Source: an uncultured Clostridia bacterium
GTDB taxonomy: Bacteria; Bacillota; Clostridia; Oscillospirales; Ruminococcaceae
Assembly: GCA_944382905.1 (NCBI GenBank)
Contig: CALWNU010000037.1
Span: 24,392 to 88,391 of the forward strand
Direction of reading: 5' to 3'
DNA: 64,000 nucleotides
Positions 7,783-17,384 of the stretch are shown one piece after another (the first letter of the stretch is position 1; each line of letters opens with the position of its first letter). The position numbers were made by a program, and so were the translations under genes. The notes under the pieces were generated by a model. It was not told the DNA's origin, did not search any database, and was given only the letters and a program-made list of their open reading frames with translations.

Positions 7783-8916
7783 ATGAAAAATGAGGCATTG
7801 GAGCAAATCCGCCTGCAAATCAATCAAACCGACAGCCAGATCACCCGCCTGTTCGCCCAGCGGATGGAACTGGTCGCCCAGGTGGCCAAAATCAAGCAGG
7901 ACGCCGGCCTGCCGGTATACGATCCCGCCCGGGAGGCCCAGGTTCTGGACCGGGTCGGCCAAGCGGCTGGACCGGAAAAGGCAGCCTATTTGCGCCAGGT
8001 CTATCAAAGCCTGATGGACGCCAGCAAAGATTATGAACAGGTGCTCCTGCAAACAGAAAACGAAATACCGGGCGAAATGTCTTCCCCGGACCAGCTGCCT
8101 TGCCGTCCCAAGGTCGCCTGTCAGGGCGTTGCCGGCGCGTTTTCCGGCGAAGCGGCCCGCCGGATGTTCCCGCAGGGCGAATTGGTTTTCGTCCCAAGCT
8201 GGGAGGACGCCTTCGAAGCGGTCGTTCAAAACCAATGCGATTTCGCGGTGCTTCCGGTAGAAAACTCCCTTGCCGGTTCGGTCGGGCAGGTGTACGATTT
8301 GCTGCTGCAATACCGCCTGGTAATCGGCCTGGCCTGCCGCTTGCCGGTGGAGCAGAATCTGCTGGCCCTGCCAAACGCCACGCTGGACGACATCACCGAG
8401 ATCTATTCCCATCCCCAGGGTCTGGCCCAATGCAAAAAGTTCTGCGCCGGCTTACCACTGGCCAGAACCATCCCCATGGAAAACACCGCCGCCGCGGCCA
8501 AGATGGTGGCAGCGCTAGGCGATATCCACAAGGCGGCCATCGCCTCTTCCTACTGCGCTGGGATCTATGGCCTGCAGGTGCTGGCTCCATCGATCCAGAC
8601 CGCAGAGCACAACACCACCCGGTTCGTCGCCGTATCCCGGCACAACTACCGCAGCGATCACGCCAATAAAATCAGTCTGGCGTTTTCCCTGCCGCACCGT
8701 CCGGGCGCGTTAAACCGGCTGCTGTCCCGCTTTGCCGCGCTGGATCTGAATTTAACCAAAATCGAATCCCGCCCCGCTAGTGGAAAGGATTTTGAGTATG
8801 ACTTTTATTTGGATTTCGCGGGAAATACTGCATCACGGGAAATCCAGTTTTTGATTCACTCCTTGTCCGAACAGCTTCCCGCCTTTACCTTTCTCGGCAA
8901 TTACCAGGAATTGTAA
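7783..8916 (+). CDS. pheA: bifunctional chorismate mutase / prephenate dehydratase
   Basis: N-terminal CM_2 helix (LEQIRLQINQTDSQITRLFAQRMELV), central PDT domain (VACQGVAGAFS..ENSLAGSV), C-terminal ACT domain (TRF.V..ESRP). Confidence 0.9.
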   Translation: MKNEALEQIRLQINQTDSQITRLFAQRMELVAQVAKIKQDAGLPVYDPAREAQVLDRVGQAAGPEKAAYLRQVYQSLMDASKDYEQVLLQTENEIPGEMSSPDQLPCRPKVACQGVAGAFSGEAARRMFPQGELVFVPSWEDAFEAVVQNQCDFAVLPVENSLAGSVGQVYDLLLQYRLVIGLACRLPVEQNLLALPNATLDDITEIYSHPQGLAQCKKFCAGLPLARTIPMENTAAAAKMVAALGDIHKAAIASSYCAGIYGLQVLAPSIQTAEHNTTRFVAVSRHNYRSDHANKISLAFSLPHRPGALNRLLSRFAALDLNLTKIESRPASGKDFEYDFYLDFAGNTASREIQFLIHSLSEQLPAFTFLGNYQEL

Positions 8917-9002
8917 CCGGCTCCGCAGATCTGTCACCTCCCTCCCTGTTTTGGCATAGTTTAGTACCGCGGAAGAGAATCCGCAAGATTGGGAGGATTG
9001 AA

Positions 9003-9236
9003 ATGACAAATTGTAATCGATGCAGAAATAATTCGGCCAACGGAAGAAGCTGTGGAAACGGCGGCTGCAACGGCTCTTTCACCGAGTACATCCCGGTCAC
9101 GGTCAACTACGAGGTAATCCTCGGGAATGGTTTCGTAACCGGAAACGGTGTCAGCCCTATCAGCAACGGGGATTGTTTTTACAACCCGGTGTCGGAATCC
9201 AGCCGGTATACCCCCGCTTCCGGCGATTGCCTCTGA
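9003..9236 (+). CDS. small Cys/Asn/Gly-rich hypothetical protein (77 aa)
   Basis: GGGAGG RBS 6 nt upstream of ATG; CxxC-x9-CxxxxC near the N-terminus and two GDC motifs. A GC-rich hairpin (9243-9262) and a bidirectional terminator follow. No family recognised. Confidence 0.5.
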   Translation: MTNCNRCRNNSANGRSCGNGGCNGSFTEYIPVTVNYEVILGNGFVTGNGVSPISNGDCFYNPVSESSRYTPASGDCL

Positions 9237-9294
9237 GCCTTTGACCCCGCCTAGGGGCGGGGTTACATAACCTCGAGGCCGCCTTTCCTCCCAA

Positions 9295-9329
9295 CAAAAA
9301 AAAGCAGGAGCTTTTGCTCCTGCTTTTTT
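9295..9329. terminator. bidirectional terminator
   Basis: A9-GCAGGAGC-tttt-GCTCCTGC-T6; overlaps the stop codon of the minus-strand SprT-like gene. Confidence 0.75.
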
Positions 9330-9870
9330 ACTGTTTGGATTTTTCTTGCGGCGGGATCCCCACGCACTGAAACCTTCTCCCCCCGCAGGCGCACCGGTAT
9401 GGAACCGGCTTTCCTTTGCTTTTCACAACGGCGTTCGTAAAACGGCTCCGCCGCATTTTGGCATATCGCGCCCCGCAAGACAGGCAAACAATTTCAAATT
9501 TGATTCGTTGTTCTTTCGCCTTTTTTTGCGCAGGACACGCTTGGGCCAAGCGGGATGGATTGATCCCGATTTTTCGGCATATTTCCTGCCAAACGGGCCC
9601 ATGTCCGGCGTTTTCTCCCGTCAACAGCACGGCGGCGGCGTGGGCGTATTCGTGCCGCACCGTTTCCCAGAATGCATCTTCCTCGTTTTGCAAAAAGGAG
9701 GCGATCCGGATCTGGACGGGCACCATCTTCCCGTTTTCCCTGCGGTACCGGCAGCATCCGTACTGGTACACCGCCCTGGGGGAAAACGCAATCTCGATTC
9801 CAGAAGAATCCACGCCAAGGATCCGGTCCAGCCGCTGAAACTCGTTTCGGATTTCCTCTTCGCTATGCAT
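9328..9870 (-). CDS. SprT-like zinc metallopeptidase-domain protein with C-terminal zinc ribbon
   Basis: HEYAH metal-binding motif, GHGPVW, and CLSCG..CACGG Cys pairs. Start taken at MHSEEE. Confidence 0.7.
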   Translation of the reverse strand: MHSEEEIRNEFQRLDRILGVDSSGIEIAFSPRAVYQYGCCRYRRENGKMVPVQIRIASFLQNEEDAFWETVRHEYAHAAAVLLTGENAGHGPVWQEICRKIGINPSRLAQACPAQKKAKEQRIKFEIVCLSCGARYAKMRRSRFTNAVVKSKGKPVPYRCACGGRRFQCVGIPPQEKSKQ

Positions 9871-9932
9871 GACCCCGCTCCCCGCCTTCCCGGTGGCTTT
9901 GGCCCCAGAAAAACAAAACTGGGCTTCTTTTC

Positions 9933-10361
9933 TCAAAACCGATAAACATCTTCCGCCGAGAGCACTTTTACGCCATGCGCAATCAGTGCCTTTGCCGCGC
10001 GTTCTCCTTCTGCAACCCGCATAATAATGCAGGCTTCCTGCGTCGCATGGCTGATAAACGCATACACATATTCGATATTAATGCCGTTTTCATCCGCGAT
10101 GGAAAAAACGTTTGCCAGGCTGCCGGGCTCGTCGGCAATCCCCACCGCCACCACATTGGTGATGGAAACAGTGAACCCGTTTTCCCGCAGGATCTGTTCG
10201 CATTTTTCCGGGTCGTTGACGATCAGGCGCAGGATCCCAAAATCCACCGTATCCGAAATGGAGATGGAGCGGATATCAATCCCGTTTTCCGCCATCAGGC
10301 GGGTGATCTTGGACAGGCGCCCCCGCTCGTTTTGGACAAATACGGAAATCTGTTTGACCAA
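9933..10361 (-). CDS. ACT domain-containing protein (PaaK-associated)
   Basis: Tandem ACT-like repeats (MLVKQISVFVQNERGRLSKITRLMAENGIDI ..; VAVGIADEPGSLANVFSIADENGINIEY). Lies immediately downstream of paaK. Confidence 0.8.
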   Translation of the reverse strand: MVKQISVFVQNERGRLSKITRLMAENGIDIRSISISDTVDFGILRLIVNDPEKCEQILRENGFTVSITNVVAVGIADEPGSLANVFSIADENGINIEYVYAFISHATQEACIIMRVAEGERAAKALIAHGVKVLSAEDVYRF

Positions 10362-10377
10362 CATATCTGTTCCTCCT

Positions 10378-11682
10378 TTATGCATTGGGCGTATTGCGCA
10401 GGTCCACAATGCGCTTTGCTTTTCCGGTGGAGCGCTCAATCGAACGCGGTTCCACCAAGGTCACCTTACAATCCAGCCCCAATACGGTGCGCAGGCTGGC
10501 GCGGATCTCCCCGGCCACTTTTTCCAACGCGCCATACTGATCCAGAAGCGAGCCGTCAATCAATTCGACCTTGACCTCCAGGTTATCCATATAATTTTTC
10601 TTCCGCAAAATCAGCTGGTAGTGCGGTCCAATATGGGGCGATTGGATCAGCACGCTCTCAATCTGGGACGGGAACACATTGACCCCTTTGATGATCAGCA
10701 TATCGTCGGTGCGGCCCACAACCTTGTTCATCCGGGCAAAGGTACGGCCGCATTCGCACGGCTCATAGGTGAGTTTGGCAATATCCTTGGTCCGGTAGCG
10801 GAAAATGGGGAACGCCTCCTTGGACAAAGGCGTAATGACCAGCTCGCCGGTCTCTCCTTCCGGCAGAACCTCGCCGGTATCCGGATCGATAATCTCCGCC
10901 AAGAAATGGTCCTCATTGATATGAAGCCCATTGCGAAAACGGCATTCTCCCGATACCCCCGGCCCGCCCAGCTCGGTGAGCCCATAGTTGTCCGTCACGG
11001 TAATGCCGATGTTGCGTTCAATCTGATCGCGCATCTCCGCAGTGCAAACCTCGCTGCCGAATAACCCCAGCCGCAGCTGCAGTTTATCCGCCACCCCCAT
11101 ATCTTTGGCCAGTTCGCTTAAGTATACCGCATACGAAGGGGTAGCGACCAATAAGGTCGTGCCAAAATCCTTCATCAGCATAATCTGTTTTTCGCTGTTG
11201 CCGCTGGACATGGGCACCACCATGGAACCGATTTTCTCCAGCGCGTAATGCAGGCCGAACGCGCCGGTAAATAATCCGTACCCAAAGGCGATTTGGGAGA
11301 TATCATCCGCCGTCGCCCCCGCTGCAACTGCGACGCGGGCCACGCAATCGCTCCAGACTTCCAGGTCGTTCCGGGTATATCCTCCGACGACCGGCTTGCC
11401 CGTGGTGCCAGAAGAGGCATGGATCTCCACAATCTCTTTTTTGGGCACGGCGAATAGGCCAAACGGATAGTTGTCCCGCAAATCCGCCTTGGTCGTAAAC
11501 GGAAGGCGGCGCACGTCGTCCAACGACCGAATCTGGTCCGGCGTCACCCCTGCCTCCTCCATAATTTTATGATAATAAGGGACCCGATCATAGCTCCACT
11601 TCACCGTATGCTGTAGTTTTTTCAGCTGCAATGCGCGAATTTCTTCACGCGGCATGGTTTCTGCATCTTTTTGCCAGAACAC
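10378..11682 (-). CDS. paaK: phenylacetate-CoA ligase family adenylate-forming enzyme
   Basis: MFWQKDAETMPREEIRALQLKKLQ..SSGTTGKP..YGLTE..RYRTKD is the PaaK-type ANL pattern. Confidence 0.9.
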   Translation of the reverse strand: MFWQKDAETMPREEIRALQLKKLQHTVKWSYDRVPYYHKIMEEAGVTPDQIRSLDDVRRLPFTTKADLRDNYPFGLFAVPKKEIVEIHASSGTTGKPVVGGYTRNDLEVWSDCVARVAVAAGATADDISQIAFGYGLFTGAFGLHYALEKIGSMVVPMSSGNSEKQIMLMKDFGTTLLVATPSYAVYLSELAKDMGVADKLQLRLGLFGSEVCTAEMRDQIERNIGITVTDNYGLTELGGPGVSGECRFRNGLHINEDHFLAEIIDPDTGEVLPEGETGELVITPLSKEAFPIFRYRTKDIAKLTYEPCECGRTFARMNKVVGRTDDMLIIKGVNVFPSQIESVLIQSPHIGPHYQLILRKKNYMDNLEVKVELIDGSLLDQYGALEKVAGEIRASLRTVLGLDCKVTLVEPRSIERSTGKAKRIVDLRNTPNA

Positions 11683-11796
11683 AAAACCGCCCCTTTCCCT
11701 TTTTGGTAAACATCTTGTTTCATTCTAGCTTTTCTAGGACGTTCTGTCAACGAAAATTTTTTGATTATTTAAAGCTTTAACCTTTAAAAGTTTAAA

Positions 11797-11825
11797 TTGA
11801 CAGAACTCCCTTTTTCTGGTATGAT
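11797..11825 (+). promoter_or_regulatory. sigma-A-like promoter of the symporter gene
   Basis: TTGACA, 17-nt spacer, TATGAT. Preceded by four TTTAA(A) repeats (11768-11796). Confidence 0.65.
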
Positions 11826-11871
11826 AAAAAACAGGGCGTTATTTATCGCTTTAAAGCAAAGGAGTGCTGGT

Positions 11872-13410
11872 ATGGTTATAAAATTGATTTTGCTGTTTTT
11901 CTTTTTTGGCACGATGATTGTCATTGGCGTTTATTGCCGGCGGCATTCTACCAATGTGCAAAGTTTTGTGCTAGGCAGCCGCAACGTCGGGCCGTGGCTG
12001 ACTGCCTTTGCCTACGGCACTTCTTATTTTTCCGCCGTGGTATTTGTTGGGTATGCCGGTCAGTTCGGCTGGAAATATGGCGTGGCTTCCACCTGGATCG
12101 GGCTTGGCAACGCATTGATCGGCAGCCTGCTGGCCTGGGTGGTGCTGGGACGGCGCACCCGTATCATGAGCAACCACCTGAGCGCCACCACCATGCCGGA
12201 TTTTTTTGGGAAACGGTTTTTGAGCAAACCGCTGAAAATCGCCGCGTCCGCCATTGTGTTTGTCTTTCTGGTTCCTTATACCGCTTCGGTCTACACTGGG
12301 CTTTCCCGCCTGTTCGGCATGGCATTTGACGTGCCGTATTCCGTCTGTGTCATCGTCATGGCTGTTTTGACCGGAGCCTATGTGATCCTGGGCGGCTATA
12401 TGGCCACTGCGATCAACGATTTTATCCAAGGGCTGATCATGCTCGTCGGTATCGCGTTGGTCATCGCCGCAGTTCTCAACGGGAAAGGCGGCTTTACACA
12501 GGCGCTGTTTGAGCTGGCAAAAATCCCCAGCGAATCCGCGGCGACGCTGGGCCAGCAAGGCGCGTACACCTCCTTTTTCGGGCCCGACCCGGTCAATCTT
12601 CTGGGTGTGGTGGTCCTGACTTCCCTGGGGACCTGGGGGTTGCCGCAGATGGTGCATAAATTTTATGCCATCAAGGATGAGCGGTCCATCAAAACCGGGA
12701 CCATCATCTCCACGATTTTCGCTGTGGTCATTTCCGGCGGGTGCTACTTCCTGGGTGGATTCGGCCGCCTGTTTGACAGCCCCGTCTTGTACGACGCCAA
12801 CGGGGCGGTGGTTTACGACAGCATTGTCCCCTACATGCTTTCTTCCCTTTCGGATTTGCTGATCGGTATTGTGATTATTCTAGTGCTTTCCGCGTCCATG
12901 TCCACCCTGTCCTCTCTGGTGCTGACTTCCAGTTCCACGTTGACTCTGGACTTTTTAAAGGACAATATTCTGAAAAATCTCAATGAAAAGCGCCTATTGA
13001 TCCTAATGCGGCTGCTCATCGTCTTTTTCATCGTTCTTTCCGTGGTTCTGGCCCTGAACCCGCCTACCTTTATTGCGCAGCTGATGGGAATTTCCTGGGG
13101 CGCATTGGCCGGCGCTTTTCTCGCCCCGTTCCTGTACGGCTTATACTGGAAAGGGGTTACCCGGGCTGCGGTATGGGCAAGTTTTCTAACCGGCACCGGG
13201 ATCACCGTCACCAACATGTTTTGGGGATATCTCTCCTCGCCCATCAACGCCGGCGCCGTTGCCATGCTGGCGGGGCTGGTGGTCGTGCCGCTGGTGAGCC
13301 TGATCTCGCCGAAATTGTCCCGGCAGGAGACCGAAACCATCTTTTCCTGCTACGACGAATCGGTGACGGTCAAAAAGAAAATCGCTTTGCCCGGAGACGA
13401 AAAAGCATAA
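11872..13410 (+). CDS. sodium:solute symporter (SSS) family transporter
   Basis: About 13 TM segments; GSRNVGPWLTAFAYGTSYFSAV..GLPQMVHKFYA is typical of SSS (PanF/PutP-like). ATG 11872 is preceded by AAAGGAG. Confidence 0.85.
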   Translation: MVIKLILLFFFFGTMIVIGVYCRRHSTNVQSFVLGSRNVGPWLTAFAYGTSYFSAVVFVGYAGQFGWKYGVASTWIGLGNALIGSLLAWVVLGRRTRIMSNHLSATTMPDFFGKRFLSKPLKIAASAIVFVFLVPYTASVYTGLSRLFGMAFDVPYSVCVIVMAVLTGAYVILGGYMATAINDFIQGLIMLVGIALVIAAVLNGKGGFTQALFELAKIPSESAATLGQQGAYTSFFGPDPVNLLGVVVLTSLGTWGLPQMVHKFYAIKDERSIKTGTIISTIFAVVISGGCYFLGGFGRLFDSPVLYDANGAVVYDSIVPYMLSSLSDLLIGIVIILVLSASMSTLSSLVLTSSSTLTLDFLKDNILKNLNEKRLLILMRLLIVFFIVLSVVLALNPPTFIAQLMGISWGALAGAFLAPFLYGLYWKGVTRAAVWASFLTGTGITVTNMFWGYLSSPINAGAVAMLAGLVVVPLVSLISPKLSRQETETIFSCYDESVTVKKKIALPGDEKA

Positions 13411-13424
13411 TGCCCGAAACAAAC

Positions 13425-13458
13425 GAAAAAGGCTTCGGAATCATTCCGAAGCCTTTTT
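13425..13458. terminator. bidirectional terminator between the convergent symporter gene and ileS
   Basis: A-tract-GGCTTCGGA-atcat-TCCGAAGCC-T5. Confidence 0.8.
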
Positions 13459-13476
13459 CTATATGTTTTTCCTCTT

Positions 13477-16400
13477 TTAGATTTGTTTGACGCCCAGCGT
13501 CACCGTTTCTCCATTGATATCCCATTCTTTGGAATAGCCGTCCATTTCCTCCAGATGCAGCTGGTCTGCCAGGGTATCCCCGCCAATCTCCTTCCAGTTT
13601 TTCTGCATCATGCCAGCGATGCGCTCATTGCCGCTGACATAAACCGCGATGTGGTCCGTCACCTGGAAATCCGCTTCTTTGCGCATGGTTTGCAGCTTGC
13701 TAACAAGCTCCCGGACAAAGCCCTCTTCCACCAATTCCGGCGTCAGGGTCGTATCGATCGCCACCGTGATCCCGCCGTCTTCCACCGAATAATACCGTTC
13801 GGACCGCACCATTTCAATCAACAGATCTTCTTCGGTCAGTTCGATTTGCCCATCCGGCAGTTGCAACGTCAGCACCCCTGTGCGGTCCAGCTCCTGCTTG
13901 GCAGCGCTTCCGTCCAGCGCGGACAGAGCCGTGCGGATTTCTCCCAGCCGCTTGCCGTATTTCGGCCCAAGGGTCTTGAGCTGCGGCTTGAAGGAATAAG
14001 AGGTGAAGGCGGACACGTCTTCGGTGAACAGTACCTCTTTGATGTTCAATTCGTCCTCGATGATCTGGCGGCCGTACTCGCCCATTTCCTCATCGGCTTT
14101 GACATACATTTTGGCCAGCGGCTGACGGTTTTTGATGGCTGCGCCGTTTCTGGCCGCCCGGCCGAGCACCACAACCTTCAATACCATCTCCATATCCGCT
14201 TCCAGCTTGGGATCCACCATTTTTTCATCCGCTACAGGATAATCGCAAAGATGCACGCTTTCCGGCGCGGTGGGATCCAACCGGCAAACCAAATTGCGGT
14301 AAATGCTTTCCGCCATAAACGGAATCATGGGCGCCGCCAATTTCGCGACGGTAACCAATGCCGTGTACAGCGTCATATAGGCGTTGATCTTATCCTGCGG
14401 CATTCCCTTTGCCCAGAAACGCTCCCGGCTGCGGCGCACATACCAGTTGCTCATTTCATCCACGAAATCCTGCAGCGCGCGGGCGGCTTCCGGAATCTTA
14501 TAATGGCCCAGATCCCCGTCCACTTCCCGGATCACCGTATTCATCTTGGACAGCAGCCAGCGGTCCATCACCGACAGCTGGTCGTATTCCAGCTGGTATT
14601 TGGTCGGGTCAAACTCGTCGATATTGGCGTACAGCACAAAAAACGCATAGGTATTCCACAATGTTCCCATGAATTTGCGCTGTCCTTCCTTCACCGCTTT
14701 GTCATGGAACCGGCTGGGCAGCCAGGGTGCGGAATTGCTGTAGAAATACCACCGGATGGCGTCGGCCCCGTAGGTGGCCAGCGCTTCGAACGGGTCGACG
14801 GCATTGCCCTTGGATTTGGACATTTTCTGCCCGTTCTCGTCCTGTACCAGCCCCAGCACGACCACGTTGCGATACGGCGCCTGATGGAACAGCAGCGTGG
14901 AGATAGCCAGCAGCGAGTAAAACCAGCCGCGGGTCTGGTCTACCGCTTCCGAGATAAAATCTGCCGGGAACTGCTGCTCGAACAGCTCCTTGTTTTCAAA
15001 CGGGTAATGATGCTGGGCAAACGGCATGGAACCGGAATCGAACCAGCAGTCAATAACCTCCGGCACCCGTTTCATCTGTTTGCCGCAGTGCGGGCAGGTG
15101 ATGGTGACCGCGTCGATAAACGGCCGGTGCAGCTCGATCTCGTCCGGGCAGTTGGGCGACATCTGCTTAAGTTCCGCGATGCTGCCCACCGAATGGCGGT
15201 GTCCGCATTCGCATTCCCAAATGTTCAGCGGAGTCCCCCAATACCGGTTGCGGCTGATGCCCCAATCCTGGACATTTTCCAGCCAGTCGCCAAACCGGCC
15301 TTTTCCGATGCTTTCCGGGATCCAGTTGACCGTATTGTTATTGCGGATCAGCTCGTCTTTTACCGCGGTCATTTTGATAAACCAGGAATCCCGCGCGTAA
15401 TAGATCAAAGGCGTTCCGCAGCGCCAGCAATGGGGATAGCTGTGTTCGAAAGCCGGCGCGTCGAACAAAAGGCCGCGTTTTTCCAAATCCACCAGGATCG
15501 GCTTGTCCGCATCCTTGCAGAAGGTCCCCGCCCAGGGGGTTTCTTTGGTCATTTGGCCTTTTGCATCCACCAGCTGGACAAACGGCAGGTCGTAATTGCG
15601 GCCCACGTTTGCGTCATCCTCACCAAAAGCGGGCGCGATGTGTACCACGCCGGTCCCATCCGTCAGGGTAACATATCGGTCGCAGGTGACATACCAGCAT
15701 TTTTTGTCCGGATGTACAAAATCAAACAAGGGCTCGTATTCCTTGTACTCCAGCTCTTTTCCGGTATATTGCGCCAAAATCTTGGTTTCGCCTTTTAAAA
15801 CGGTATCCACCAGCGCTTGCGCCATATAATAGACCTTGCCCTCGTTCTCCACCTTGACGTATGCCTCGTCCGGGTTGACGCACAGTGCCACGTTGGACGG
15901 CAACGTCCACGGCGTTGTAGTCCATGCCAGGATGTAAGCGTCCTCCCCTTTCACCGGGAAACGCACGACGGCGGAGCGTTCTTTGACATCTTTGTATCCC
16001 TGCGCTACCTCGTGGCTGGACAGCGGAGTCCCGCAGCGCGGGCAGTACGGGACAATTTTAAACCCTTTATATAAGAGACCTTTTTCCCAGATTTGTTTGA
16101 GCGCCCACCATTCCGACTCGATAAAATCATTATCATAAGTCACATAAGGGCGATCCATATCCGCCCAGAATCCCACTGTGGAGGAAAAATCCTCCCACAT
16201 GCCTTTGTATTTCCACACGCTCTCCTTGCACTTTTCGATAAAAGGCTCCAGGCCATACTGCTCGATCTGTTCCTTACCGTCCAGCCCCAGCAGTTTTTCC
16301 ACCTCCAGCTCCACCGGCAGGCCGTGGGTATCCCACCCCGCTTTACGGGGGACCTGATGCCCCTTCATGGTCTGGTAGCGGGGGATCATATCTTTGATGG

Positions 16401-16593
16401 CGCGGGTCAGGACATGTCCAATATGCGGTTTGCCGTTGGCAGTGGGCGGCCCGTCATAAAACGTGTAAGTCTCGCCCTGCTTGCGGCTGTCGATGCTCTT
16501 TTCAAAAATGTGGTGTTCTTTCCAGAACTGTTCCACTTCTTTTTCCCGCTCCACAAAATTCATATTGGTGGACACGGCTTCATATTTGCTCAT
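13477..16593 (-). CDS. ileS: isoleucine-tRNA ligase (type 2)
   Basis: PPTANGKPHIGHV (HIGH) and KMSKSKGN (KMSKS) motifs, CP1 editing domain, C-terminal Zn-less type-2 extension. ATG 16593 is preceded by GGGAGG. The 1200-aa ORF-track version runs through the T-box leader. Confidence 0.95.
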   Translation of the reverse strand: MSKYEAVSTNMNFVEREKEVEQFWKEHHIFEKSIDSRKQGETYTFYDGPPTANGKPHIGHVLTRAIKDMIPRYQTMKGHQVPRKAGWDTHGLPVELEVEKLLGLDGKEQIEQYGLEPFIEKCKESVWKYKGMWEDFSSTVGFWADMDRPYVTYDNDFIESEWWALKQIWEKGLLYKGFKIVPYCPRCGTPLSSHEVAQGYKDVKERSAVVRFPVKGEDAYILAWTTTPWTLPSNVALCVNPDEAYVKVENEGKVYYMAQALVDTVLKGETKILAQYTGKELEYKEYEPLFDFVHPDKKCWYVTCDRYVTLTDGTGVVHIAPAFGEDDANVGRNYDLPFVQLVDAKGQMTKETPWAGTFCKDADKPILVDLEKRGLLFDAPAFEHSYPHCWRCGTPLIYYARDSWFIKMTAVKDELIRNNNTVNWIPESIGKGRFGDWLENVQDWGISRNRYWGTPLNIWECECGHRHSVGSIAELKQMSPNCPDEIELHRPFIDAVTITCPHCGKQMKRVPEVIDCWFDSGSMPFAQHHYPFENKELFEQQFPADFISEAVDQTRGWFYSLLAISTLLFHQAPYRNVVVLGLVQDENGQKMSKSKGNAVDPFEALATYGADAIRWYFYSNSAPWLPSRFHDKAVKEGQRKFMGTLWNTYAFFVLYANIDEFDPTKYQLEYDQLSVMDRWLLSKMNTVIREVDGDLGHYKIPEAARALQDFVDEMSNWYVRRSRERFWAKGMPQDKINAYMTLYTALVTVAKLAAPMIPFMAESIYRNLVCRLDPTAPESVHLCDYPVADEKMVDPKLEADMEMVLKVVVLGRAARNGAAIKNRQPLAKMYVKADEEMGEYGRQIIEDELNIKEVLFTEDVSAFTSYSFKPQLKTLGPKYGKRLGEIRTALSALDGSAAKQELDRTGVLTLQLPDGQIELTEEDLLIEMVRSERYYSVEDGGITVAIDTTLTPELVEEGFVRELVSKLQTMRKEADFQVTDHIAVYVSGNERIAGMMQKNWKEIGGDTLADQLHLEEMDGYSKEWDINGETVTLGVKQI

Positions 16594-16630
16594 GCTGTTA
16601 CCTCCCGCATCGTTTCGATTCCTGGATCCT

Positions 16631-16870
16631 GAAACAAAAAGCCTTCGTCCCGCAAACAGGACGAAGGCATGCTTCGCTTTGAACCACCGATTGCTCCATA
16701 CTAACATATGTGCTCCCGATAACGGCGAGATACCGGCAAAGCTTAATCGACTTATTCTTTCAGCCTGCGACTCTAGAGGGATGTTCCGCCAAAAGCGACT
16801 CGCACCGGGCTTCCACTCTCCCCAGCTCGCTTTCCCTTTTGCTAATGGCATACTGTCTCTGTCAACGTCT
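16631..16870 (-). promoter_or_regulatory. T-box leader (tRNA-sensing riboswitch) of ileS
   Basis: On the minus strand: AGAGA (16856-16860), AGTA (16851-16854), distal-loop GGTGCGA (16800-16806). The T-box core TCGGTGGTTCAAAGCG (16675-16690) abuts terminator GCCTTCGTCC-N8-GGACGAAGGC plus TTTTTGTTT (16631-16668). Candidate Ile specifier ATC is at 16780-16782 (tentative). Confidence 0.8.
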
Positions 16871-16878
16871 TTACTGAT

Positions 16879-16907
16879 TCTATACCACATTCTTACGAAA
16901 ATGTCAA
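16879..16907 (-). promoter_or_regulatory. sigma-A-like promoter of the ileS leader
   Basis: On the minus strand: TTGACA, 17-nt spacer, TATAGA. Confidence 0.55.
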
Positions 16908-16940
16908 CGGGTAGCCTGTTTTTTCCTTTGTCCGCTTTCG

Positions 16941-17384
16941 TTAAGAAAGGAACTGCCGCAGGTCGTCCGCCATCTGCTGTTCCATCTGGATGAGTTTTTC
17001 CGCCGCTTTTTTGCTTTGCGGGTCCGCCTTGGCATAGCGGTTTTGGAATTTGCTGATGGATTTGACTCCCATATTGCACCCGTCGATCATGACTTCTGCA
17101 ATCTGCCCGTCGGAATGGTCTACCAGCAGCTTGACTTCGGTCACCACCTTGGCCATGGCTTTTGCCGGCGTCGCCGGTTCCTCGGTAGGAACGCCGGCGG
17201 AAGACAGCTGCGCATGGATTTCTTCCCCATATTCCTCGTGCCGTTTGATATACGTTTTTAGGATCTGTTTTAATTTTTCCTCTTTTACATCGTCCATGAC
17301 ATTGCGTATGCTGCTGACCGCCATCTTGCTGCCGCTATTGCATTCCCGCAGCAAATTTGCGGAATCGGAATCGTACATTCTCAT
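16941..17384 (-). CDS. hypothetical all-helical protein
   Basis: 147-aa charged helical sequence with coding-like composition. AAGGAG lies upstream; the spacing favours ATG 17378 over 17384. Family not recognised with confidence. Confidence 0.55.
   Translation of the reverse strand: MRMYDSDSANLLRECNSGSKMAVSSIRNVMDDVKEEKLKQILKTYIKRHEEYGEEIHAQLSSAGVPTEEPATPAKAMAKVVTEVKLLVDHSDGQIAEVMIDGCNMGVKSISKFQNRYAKADPQSKKAAEKLIQMEQQMADDLRQFLS

Noticed and set aside
13483-15798. 771-aa ORF on the plus strand
   Set aside because: It lies entirely antisense to ileS, whose frame carries HIGH/KMSKS motifs. The translation is Arg/Pro/His-rich and low-complexity, typical of shadow ORFs in GC-rich DNA.
16594-17079. 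162-aa N-terminal extension of the ileS ORF (the 1200-aa version)
   Set aside because: The extension runs through the T-box leader, its terminator and promoter, and into the neighbouring gene. IleS homology and the RBS begin at 16593.
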